From a virus (lineage: Duplodnaviria > Caudoviricetes), in the IMG/VR virus record IMGVR_UViG_3300042360_000483, positions 1 to 40,415 of that record: a stretch of 40,415 nucleotides of DNA. One strand, written 5' to 3'. Below, piece after piece: positions 32,719 to 40,415 of the stretch; position 1 is the first letter of the stretch; the number at the start of each line of letters is the position of its first letter. The translations under genes were made by a program, and so were the position numbers. The notes under the pieces are model-generated. The model saw only the letters and a list, made by a program, of their open reading frames with translations. It was not told the origin of the DNA and ran no database searches.

Positions 32719-35700
32719 GTGCCGATCACTGATGCAGACATTCGCCTGCTCAAGAGCGAGCGACTGACCGACGCCGACGATGGCGGCGGCAGAATCACCG
32801 GCAACGAGGTGGTGGACGGGCAAAGCAACAACCTCTTCGCGGACGTGAGCGATCTGGACCGGACGGTGGGCCGTGTGTCGCTGCGAAAGGCGTATCCGGC
32901 CGTGGTCAGCCTCAACACCGACGCCTACTTGGGCGTGCACGCGATCATTGACGACGCGCCGGACGACCCGAACGTGAGCGCGGTCATCTTCACGACCGGG
33001 AGCTGGACGGACGACCGAGCGGATGCGCGCGACCAGCTCGAGCGGTTTGTGGTGCGTGGTCCGCTGTACCCCGGCTTTCTGTACGACACGCAGATCGTGG
33101 GGGCGCGTGCGATCACGCTGTTTCAGTCGGTCGCTCAAGACCCGCCGGCGGTGGGCGATGTGCTCTCGCTCATCAACGCCGAGGGCACGGCGGGTGAGCA
33201 GGAGCAGTACATCCGCCTGACGGCGGTTGAGTTTGAGGACCGCACATTCACAGACGCGAATGGCAGTTTTCAGCGCCGCGTTGTGACGTGCGAGATCAGC
33301 GACCCGCTGCGGGTGACGTTTGCGGGGGCTCCGATCAACCGGCGGGACGACATTACGCCGACCGCGCGCGTGCGGCAGACGCTGGTTGCGGATGCGGCTC
33401 GGTACTACGGCGTCTCGCCGACTGTGGACGCGGCTGCGCCGAACGACCTGACGGTGCGGGTGACGAGCATTACCGCGCCGCTGGTGCCGAGCGCGCAGGG
33501 CGAGACGCCGGTGGTCAACGCGATCGCCGGCGGCGAAGCCCCGGCGCTGGTGGCGGCCGGTCCGGCGCTGACGCGAACTTACCCGGGCAAGCAGGCCGGC
33601 GGCACCGTGGCGCTCTACCTGAGCGGGCCGGTCATGCCGGGCAGCGTGATCATCCAGCTCGGTATTACCGTGTGGACGGACAGCGGACGCGGGACGCTGG
33701 TGCGCAGCGGGGTGGACGACGCGACCATTGACTACGCGACCGGGGCGATCCGCTTTGCGAGCGGGCTTGCGGCAACCACGGGCACGGTCAGCGCGACCTT
33801 CGTACCGGCGGCGAGCCTGGCGCGGGTGCGCAACAGCATTGCGGTGCCGATCACGCTGTCTACGCGCGGCTACAACTACGTGGCAACCTTGGCCCCGGTG
33901 CCTGCTCCGGGCAACCTGGTGGTGGACTACCTGAGCGGCAACCGGTGGTACCGCCTCCGTGACCTGGGCAATGGAACGCTGGCCGGCAGCAGCCCATCGA
34001 TCGGTGCGGGTTCCATCAACTACGCGACGGGCGCGTTGCTGGTCACGCTGGGCGCCCTGCCGGACGTAGGCAGCGACATCATCGTCGGCTGGAGCACCGG
34101 CCCGGAGGCCCTGCAACGCGCGGGCGACGCGAACATCACGCCGGCCGAGGTGGTGGTTCAGATCGCGGTCGGGGCGAACGAGTCGATCGTACCGGGCAGC
34201 GTCGCCATCACATGGGAGAGCGGCGGCGCAAAGAGCGCGACAGCCAACGCGGCGGGCGTGGTCAGCGGGGATGCGACCGGGGTGGTTGTGCACGCGACGG
34301 GAGAGCTGCGGTTCCGCCCCGCATCGTTGCCGGCCTCGAACACGACGTACACGATCAGCTTCGAGCGATCGCTGCGGCAGGATCAGGCAATCTCGGCAAC
34401 GGTCGGCGCGGGCAACGTCCTGACCTTTACGCTGACCGCGCCGGTCAGGCCGGGCTCGGTTCGCATCAGCGGCGTGGCGCTGCTGCCCGGGAGCGTGGTC
34501 TACCCCGTGAGCGTGGTGGACGACGGATCGGGCGCACTGACAGGCGACTGCGCTACGGGCAGCACGATCAACTACTCGTCGGGGCAGGTGAGCATCGTGG
34601 GCGTGGTGCAAGTGCGCCGGGTGGAGCAGGCGCAGACGTGGCAGCTCGACCCGTTTGCCAACATCGTTGTGCTGCCGAACGCGACGGTCTCCACGCTGCC
34701 GTTCAACTGGTCGGCCAGCGTTACGGCAACCTGGGTGATTAGCAGCGCGGCAAATACAGCCGGGACGCAGCAAGCCGACTCGCCAGCTCTATTGATTGAC
34801 CTGCTGCCGGACGTTGGAGACACTGTCGCGCCAGGGTCGGCTCGGATCGACTTGAGCGGCAACGAGTACGTGGATCGCGGCGATGGCCGCGTGGTGCGTG
34901 CCATCGACGCGCAAACCGATGCCGGCACACTCGCCGGGACGATCGACTACAACTCCGGGCTGGTCACGCTCACGAACTTCCCGTCGGGCTCTGCTTCGTT
35001 CGCGGTGCGCGCGCTGGTGAGCGAGGCAGAGACTCAGCAGTTGTCTTCGGTGTCGTTCCGTGTGCCAGGGGCGCCGCTGCGACCGGGCAGTGTGTTTGTG
35101 CAAGCGGTCAGCGCGGAAACTGGCGAGACCATCAGCGCGACAGCAGCCCTGAACGGCACGCTCAGCGCCGCGAAGATGCGCGGCACGGTCGACGTGGACA
35201 CGGGCGTCGTGCGCGTGGAGTTCGGGCAGATGGTGCCCGTTGCTGGCAACGAGGGCCAGCCCTGGTTCTTGCCGGGCCTGGTGGTTGGCAGCAACGTCTT
35301 CCGGCCGCACCTCGTGGTGGCAGGGACGATGCGCTACAACGCGGTGATCCAGACCTATCTGCCGCTGTCTGCCAGCCTGCTGGGCCTGGACCCGGTGCGT
35401 CTGCCCCAAGACGGCCGCGTGCCGATCTACCGCCCTGGCGAGGTCGCGGTCGTGCACAACACGCAGGTCACGTCACGGGCGGCGCCGCTGAGCAACGGCC
35501 TGGTCATTAATTGCGGCCGCACGCGCCTGGCCCGAGTGGAGGTGCGCAACGAGGACGGCACACAGGTGCCAACGTCGCAATATGCGGCCGACCTAGACGC
35601 CGGGACGGTGACGCTGACCAATGTCACGGGTATGGTGCCACCACTGGCGGTTGAGCATCGGGTCGAGGACATGGTGCTGGTGACGGATGTCCAGATCGAC

Positions 35701-36225
35701 GGGACGATCCGCTTCGCCCGGCCGCTGACGCATACGTACCCGTCCGGCAGTACGCTGGTCAGCAGCGCGCTGGCGATTGGAGACCTGCAGGCGCGCGGCG
35801 GTGTGCCGTTTGCCCAGCAGACCTGGACCAATGTGTGGAGCGACGACCTGATCGGCAGCGCGCCGGTGGCCGACTACAACGCGGCGATCTACCCGATCGA
35901 GGTGAGCAACGCCGGCGCCATACAAGAGCGCTGGGCGCTCATCTTCGTCAACACGACTACGGTGCGGGTGGTGGGCGAGTACTCGGGCGACCTGGGCACG
36001 CTGCCGATCGTCGCCGACATTGCGCCGATCAATCCGGTGACCGGGCAACCGTACTTCACACTGCGCGCGCTGGGCTGGGGCGCGGGCTGGGCGAGCGGCA
36101 ACGTGCTGCGATTCAACACCGCCGCGAGCAACTACCCGCTGTGGTTTGCGCGCACGGTGCTCCAGGGGCCGCCCAGCGTGGGCGCAGACAAATTCCGCGT
36201 GCAAGTGCGCGGCAACGCAAGCTGA
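32719..36225 (+). CDS. Large tail-tip protein with repeated beta modules
   Basis: DIRLLKSERLTDADDGGG...NNLFADVSDLDR N-terminus; repeated GxIxYxTG motifs. Confidence 0.78.
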   Translation: MPITDADIRLLKSERLTDADDGGGRITGNEVVDGQSNNLFADVSDLDRTVGRVSLRKAYPAVVSLNTDAYLGVHAIIDDAPDDPNVSAVIFTTGSWTDDRADARDQLERFVVRGPLYPGFLYDTQIVGARAITLFQSVAQDPPAVGDVLSLINAEGTAGEQEQYIRLTAVEFEDRTFTDANGSFQRRVVTCEISDPLRVTFAGAPINRRDDITPTARVRQTLVADAARYYGVSPTVDAAAPNDLTVRVTSITAPLVPSAQGETPVVNAIAGGEAPALVAAGPALTRTYPGKQAGGTVALYLSGPVMPGSVIIQLGITVWTDSGRGTLVRSGVDDATIDYATGAIRFASGLAATTGTVSATFVPAASLARVRNSIAVPITLSTRGYNYVATLAPVPAPGNLVVDYLSGNRWYRLRDLGNGTLAGSSPSIGAGSINYATGALLVTLGALPDVGSDIIVGWSTGPEALQRAGDANITPAEVVVQIAVGANESIVPGSVAITWESGGAKSATANAAGVVSGDATGVVVHATGELRFRPASLPASNTTYTISFERSLRQDQAISATVGAGNVLTFTLTAPVRPGSVRISGVALLPGSVVYPVSVVDDGSGALTGDCATGSTINYSSGQVSIVGVVQVRRVEQAQTWQLDPFANIVVLPNATVSTLPFNWSASVTATWVISSAANTAGTQQADSPALLIDLLPDVGDTVAPGSARIDLSGNEYVDRGDGRVVRAIDAQTDAGTLAGTIDYNSGLVTLTNFPSGSASFAVRALVSEAETQQLSSVSFRVPGAPLRPGSVFVQAVSAETGETISATAALNGTLSAAKMRGTVDVDTGVVRVEFGQMVPVAGNEGQPWFLPGLVVGSNVFRPHLVVAGTMRYNAVIQTYLPLSASLLGLDPVRLPQDGRVPIYRPGEVAVVHNTQVTSRAAPLSNGLVINCGRTRLARVEVRNEDGTQVPTSQYAADLDAGTVTLTNVTGMVPPLAVEHRVEDMVLVTDVQIDGTIRFARPLTHTYPSGSTLVSSALAIGDLQARGGVPFAQQTWTNVWSDDLIGSAPVADYNAAIYPIEVSNAGAIQERWALIFVNTTTVRVVGEYSGDLGTLPIVADIAPINPVTGQPYFTLRALGWGAGWASGNVLRFNTAASNYPLWFARTVLQGPPSVGADKFRVQVRGNAS

Positions 36226-36234
36226 GGACCGACG

Positions 36235-37341
36235 ATGACACTGCCTGTGCACTGGTACCGACATGACATGGGCGGCGCGCCGCAACTGCGCGGCGTGGCT
36301 GGCGACGCGATCGCGCTGCTCGATGCGTGCCTTGTCAACGGATTTAACTTGCGGACCGCCACGTCGCTGGTTGTTGCGGGCGAGGTGGCCACGTTGACAT
36401 TTAGCTCGGCGTTTGGTTGGCTGACCCATCAGGTTATCGACGTCGCGGGCGCCACTCCAAGCGCGCTCAACGGCGAAAAGCGGGCGCTGTCGGTGGCTGG
36501 CAACACCGTCACATTTGCCGCGCCTGGCGTTGCCAATCAGACGGCGACAGGCAGCATTACCTGCCGGACCCCGGGCAACGGATGGGAGAAAGCTTTCGGC
36601 GCTGGCAACGTGGCGGTATACAGGCCAACGGATGTTTCCAGCACACGGTTTTTCCTGCGCGTTGACGACTCTGCCAATGCCCGCGCCGGCCGCGCGCGCG
36701 GCTTTGAAACGATGTCCGACATCAACACCGGCACCGGCCCTTTTCCGACCGACGCGCAGGTCAGTGGCGGGCTGTCTTTTTGGAAGTCCAACACGGCCGA
36801 CACGGTGGTCCGCCAATGGGCGTTGGTAGCAGACCCGGCCGGGTTTTTTTGCTCGGCTCGAGCCTTTGGGGCCGGCTTCCCAAGCGAGTGGGCCTTCGGG
36901 GACATCGGTGCATTCAACTCGGCGGACGCATACAGGTGCCTGATCAGTGGGGAGAACCAGTCGTCTGGTCCGGGTAACCCACACGGCGTGCTTCAGCCCA
37001 ACACCCTAGGCGTGTACCTGCCGCGTGCATCGTCAGGGCTGGGCGGGTCGGTGCAGGTTGGCGGTTTCGATGATGGGTCGTTGTCGGTGGAGTACCCCAA
37101 CCAGCCAAACTCGGGGTTGATTGTGCGGCCCAGTGTGGTGATGGAATCTGCAACACGAATGCGGGGCGTGGTGCGCGGCTTCAGGCGCTCGGTGCATGGC
37201 AGCAGCACAGGCGGCGTGTTTGCGTGCGGCCAAGTGCTGGCTGCGGCCGACGGTTACCCCGGCTTGGCGATCTGCATGGATAGGTCGGGCGTTGGCTCGG
37301 GACAACTAGGCGGCGTGTTCGACATTGTGGGGCCGTGGTAA
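36235..37341 (+). CDS. Tail fibre / receptor-binding protein candidate
   Basis: GAPQLRGVAGDAIALLDACLVNGF N-terminus; codon usage visibly less GC3-biased than neighbouring genes. Confidence 0.65.
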   Translation: MTLPVHWYRHDMGGAPQLRGVAGDAIALLDACLVNGFNLRTATSLVVAGEVATLTFSSAFGWLTHQVIDVAGATPSALNGEKRALSVAGNTVTFAAPGVANQTATGSITCRTPGNGWEKAFGAGNVAVYRPTDVSSTRFFLRVDDSANARAGRARGFETMSDINTGTGPFPTDAQVSGGLSFWKSNTADTVVRQWALVADPAGFFCSARAFGAGFPSEWAFGDIGAFNSADAYRCLISGENQSSGPGNPHGVLQPNTLGVYLPRASSGLGGSVQVGGFDDGSLSVEYPNQPNSGLIVRPSVVMESATRMRGVVRGFRRSVHGSSTGGVFACGQVLAAADGYPGLAICMDRSGVGSGQLGGVFDIVGPW

Positions 37342-37616
37342 TGCCTGCCGTTGTGATCGAGGGTCCCTTGGTTGCGCTGGATGTCGAGCACGGTGGGCCG
37401 GGCTCGATCAGCGGAGTCGTGACGCAGCAGGGCCAGCCGGCGCGCAAGCAAGTGGTGCTCATCGCCTGGCCGTCGTTGCGCGCTCTATCGAGCCAAGTGA
37501 GCGAGGCCAGCGGGGCATACAGCTTTGAGCGGCTGCGGGTGCGTGAGTACCTGGTCGTCGGAGTCGATGAGGCGCGTGCGCTTGACCCCGAGGCCAAGCT
37601 GGTGGTGGCCTCGTGA
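37341..37616 (+). CDS. Small beta-sandwich tail accessory protein
   Basis: GSISGVVTQQGQP...GAYSFERL; TAATG coupling. Confidence 0.6.
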   Translation: MPAVVIEGPLVALDVEHGGPGSISGVVTQQGQPARKQVVLIAWPSLRALSSQVSEASGAYSFERLRVREYLVVGVDEARALDPEAKLVVAS

Positions 37617-38005
37617 GCTTTTTCGCGGCTTCGGTGTCCATGCGTAACTTGCGCGCACAGGCCAACCGCGACGCTCTGTCTGGCGGCAAGCTGCGTCTGT
37701 ACGTGGGCACTGTGCCTGCCGATCTGGGCGCGATCACAGATCAACTGCTCGTCGCGGAGTACGTGCTGCCCTCGCCTTCGGGCGCGGTGGCGGCCGGTAC
37801 GCTGACACTGGGGCCGGTGGAGCAGGTCATCGCGCTGGGGAGCGGCCCGCCCAACTTCTTCCGGCTACTGTCCTCCGCCAACGTCGCGCTGTTTGACGGC
37901 AGCGCCGGCGCAGTCGGATCTGGCGCCGTGGCGCAGATCTCGCCCTATCCGGTGATCGCGGGGGGGCTGCTCTATGTGGACTTCGCGCGCCTGATCGAGC
38001 CGTGA
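37613..38005 (+). CDS. Virion structural protein
   Basis: GGKLRLYVGTVP motif; GTGA coupling. Confidence 0.62.
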   Translation: MSFFAASVSMRNLRAQANRDALSGGKLRLYVGTVPADLGAITDQLLVAEYVLPSPSGAVAAGTLTLGPVEQVIALGSGPPNFFRLLSSANVALFDGSAGAVGSGAVAQISPYPVIAGGLLYVDFARLIEP

Positions 38006-38008
38006 TGC

Positions 38009-40135
38009 ATGGCGACCAACGTCAATCTGGCGCTCGAGTTTCAGGTCGACGGCACGGCGAACTTGCCGCTTGGCCGCGCGCCGGTTGTTGGGGACAGCTA
38101 TCAGGTCTCGATCGAGGCGACGCTTGCGGCGCTACAGGCAGAGCTGAGGCTGGCTCCGAGCGGGCTGCTGGCGATCGAGGTGGTTCTTCCGGCGCTGACC
38201 GCGCAAGCGCAACTGATCTACGACGTGCTGGTGTTCCGCGGGCCTCAGCTCGCGGCGCGCAGTCCGTTTGCGCAGGCGCCGGTGCGGCGCGCGATGGCGG
38301 CGGCCGTCTGGGAGCCGTCTGCGGTCGTGAGGCGGCGCGTCTGGGCAGCCAATGCGGAGCCGTTACGACGGTCCGGACGCACGAGGCCTCGTTGGGGGAG
38401 GCCGGCGCCGCGGCTCAGTGCTCGCGGCATACGGATCGACAGGGGACAGCCTGGCTCATTTCGGGCAACTCTTGTCGGATACAGCTCGCCGCCGGAGAGG
38501 GGTGCCGCCCCCTCGGTGCGATGGGAGCCGGCGGCTGCTTTGGCCGACGCACGATGGTCTGGGTTTGTGTACCCGCCGCCACGGCGGCGGCCGACCTACG
38601 TTCCGTGGGCGCTGCCCGGCGCTTTGGACGGGGGTGCGGTTGCCGGCTGGCGCATGGACCCACTGCGCCGTCAACAGCGGCGCGCAATCCCGTGGGATGT
38701 GGCGCTGATGATCGGTCGAGTCTGGCCGAAGCCGGTCTATCCGCCGCCGGCGCCGCCGCCGCCTGGCGTGTACGTGCCCACCGGCGATCTTTCGCTGTGG
38801 TGTCCATTCGACGGCGCGCAGCCGGTGCTGATTCAGCTCGGGCGCGTTTGCCAGCCGCCGGGGCCTCCGCCTCAGCCGTCCAGAAGGGTCTACATCGTGG
38901 TGCATGACATCGTTGTGCTGCGACTCCCCGAACGCACGCCGATCCGCGCGCAGTCAGTCACGATGGAGCTGGACGTCGACTCGTGGGCGTGGGGGCTCCA
39001 AGCGACTCTGCTCGGTCGCGCCGCGCTGGACGCGGTGGTGCCGGACGGCGATGGCTCGCCGACGCAGATCGAGGTGGCGATCGACGGGTACGTGTGGCGC
39101 TTCGTGGTCGAGCAGTGGTCCGAGGGCCGTGCGTTTGGTGAGCGCAGCGTCCGCGTGACGGGCCGGTCGCTGGTCGCCCTGCTTTCCGAGCCGCACGTAC
39201 AGCCGAGCGCATTTGTGGCCAACGGCGACTTGTTGGCGCAACAGATCGCGGCCGCGCAGTTGCCCTTCGGCTACAGCCTTGACTGGCTTGGGCCGGACTG
39301 GGTCGTGCCGAGCGGGGCATATACGCAGAGCGGCCGCACCCCCGCTCAGGCAGTTGCCGCTATCGCGCAGGCGGCCGGCCTCATGGCCGAGCCATTGCGC
39401 GATGGATTGGGCTGGACGGTTCGCAAGGTCTACTCGACTCCGCCGTGGCAGTGGGACGGCGCCATCCCCGATCGTATGGTCGGGCAATCTGTGATCCTCC
39501 AGCTCGACCGCAGCCTGGCGCTGGCCAATCGCGGGCAGGCCAACGCCGTCATCGTGCATGGCGGCGAAGTGCAGGGCATCCTGGCCAGCGTGCGGATTGC
39601 AGCAACGGCCGGCGACCGACTGGCTGCAACCTATTCAGACCCGCTCATCACCGCCGTGGTGGCCGCGCAGGCAGCCGGGGAGCGCATCCTGGCGCGGGAG
39701 TACAGGCAGCCGCCCATCGCGTCACTGGAGATGCCTATGGGGCCTGCGGCGGGCGATTTCGCGCTCATCAACCTGGGCGACCTGGTGCAGATCAACCTGG
39801 GCGGCGACACTGGCCTGGCAGTTGCCACCGCCCTATCAGTCGCCGCGACGATTTCGGGCCGGCAGATCAGTGTTCGCCAGCGGGTCGGCTTCGGCGAGGT
39901 GGCCCGCAACCCGGCTGCGCAGTTCGCCGATCTGACCGCACCAGGCGCGGTGACGCCGGGCGAAGTGCAGGCTGTTTTCGGCGACGGAACCGCCGTGGTA
40001 AGCCTCGTCACCGGCGGCTCGGTCCGCGCCGCGCTGAACGGTCTGGCCGCTACCCCAGGGGCGCGCGTTTATGTGCGCGGTGGCCAGATCACCGGCCCGG
40101 CTCCGACATTTCCGAGCTACGTCATCGACGTGTAG
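38009..40135 (+). CDS. Tail-tip / hub-like protein
   Basis: 708 aa; LDVDSWAWG, DWVVPSGAY, DPLIT motifs; last phage gene. Confidence 0.68.
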   Translation: MATNVNLALEFQVDGTANLPLGRAPVVGDSYQVSIEATLAALQAELRLAPSGLLAIEVVLPALTAQAQLIYDVLVFRGPQLAARSPFAQAPVRRAMAAAVWEPSAVVRRRVWAANAEPLRRSGRTRPRWGRPAPRLSARGIRIDRGQPGSFRATLVGYSSPPERGAAPSVRWEPAAALADARWSGFVYPPPRRRPTYVPWALPGALDGGAVAGWRMDPLRRQQRRAIPWDVALMIGRVWPKPVYPPPAPPPPGVYVPTGDLSLWCPFDGAQPVLIQLGRVCQPPGPPPQPSRRVYIVVHDIVVLRLPERTPIRAQSVTMELDVDSWAWGLQATLLGRAALDAVVPDGDGSPTQIEVAIDGYVWRFVVEQWSEGRAFGERSVRVTGRSLVALLSEPHVQPSAFVANGDLLAQQIAAAQLPFGYSLDWLGPDWVVPSGAYTQSGRTPAQAVAAIAQAAGLMAEPLRDGLGWTVRKVYSTPPWQWDGAIPDRMVGQSVILQLDRSLALANRGQANAVIVHGGEVQGILASVRIAATAGDRLAATYSDPLITAVVAAQAAGERILAREYRQPPIASLEMPMGPAAGDFALINLGDLVQINLGGDTGLAVATALSVAATISGRQISVRQRVGFGEVARNPAAQFADLTAPGAVTPGEVQAVFGDGTAVVSLVTGGSVRAALNGLAATPGARVYVRGGQITGPAPTFPSYVIDV

Positions 40136-40187
40136 TGTTGCTTGTATGGCTATTCCTTTGCCGCCAGCGAAAAGCCGACTACGCGCC

Positions 40188-40229
40188 ATTTATGACATTT
40201 TCGGTTCCGATTTATGACGTCGCGCTTCA
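40188..40229 (-). repeat. Right end (attR) with two transposase-binding repeats
   Basis: ATTTATGACAT 40188-40198 and ATTTATGACGT 40210-40220 (reverse complement AYGTCATAAAT), 22-bp period, same 9-bp offset from terminal TCA; mirrors the left end. Confidence 0.88.
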
Positions 40230-40415
40230 GCTGGGCCAGGCTCATGCGCGCATGCGGCGGCATCTCGAAGGCGCGCAGCTCCAGCAGGCCGAGGCGGCCG
40301 GCCGGGCCGTCGGGCGAGTACAGCTTGTCGATGCAGAACTCGCTGCGGTGGGTGTTGCCGGTGACGTCGACCAGGATATTGCGCAGCGTGCGGCCGATCA
40401 GCCAGGGCGCAACCG
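40230..40415 (-). pseudogene. Host gene fragment (DUF2126 / transglutaminase-associated family) cut by the phage end
   Basis: Manual translation [61 protein letters not shown] stops at the phage terminus. Confidence 0.78.

Larger units (their letters stand above)
67..40229. mobile_element. Complete Mu-like transposable (pro)phage, B3/BcepMu-type divergent layout, non-contractile tail
   Basis: Terminal TGA (67-69) and TCA (40227-40229) with symmetric subterminal repeats; DDE transposase plus AAA ATPase, Ner, Gam, GemA, Mor, Mu-type terminase, portal, gpF, gpG, protease I, gp36; no sheath gene seen. Confidence 0.95.

Noticed and set aside
36235-40135. Diversity-generating retroelement or invertible tail-fibre segment
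   Set aside because: No reverse transcriptase or invertase ORF, and I saw no TR/VR pair or flanking inverted repeats

Overview
The window is essentially one complete ~40.2 kb Mu-like transposable phage (about 67..40229). It ends in TGA...TCA, with two 11-bp transposase-site repeats at each end, and carries short, non-matching host flanks. The layout is B3/BcepMu-like: a leftward early operon (ner, IclR-type HTH, DUF3102-like, DDE transposase A, AAA ATPase B, gam, gemA, mor) diverges from a repressor. A rightward arm follows with lysis, fibre-like, packaging, head and non-contractile tail genes. The most striking feature lies between gam and gemA (1031..2724): five integron-type gene cassettes of 326-358 bp, each bounded by an attC-like site (R''/L''/L'/R' boxes, extrahelical bases, R'' complementary to the cassette's own upstream core). 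The phage encodes no integrase. All cassette ORFs run antisense to the canonical cassette orientation, and two have their RBS and start codon inside the attC loop. Other points: a repeat-flanked two-gene moron, two matched apparently leaderless late promoters, no tail-assembly chaperone genes, and a fibre module between the lysis and terminase genes. Product calls are from motif recognition only; no database search was run.
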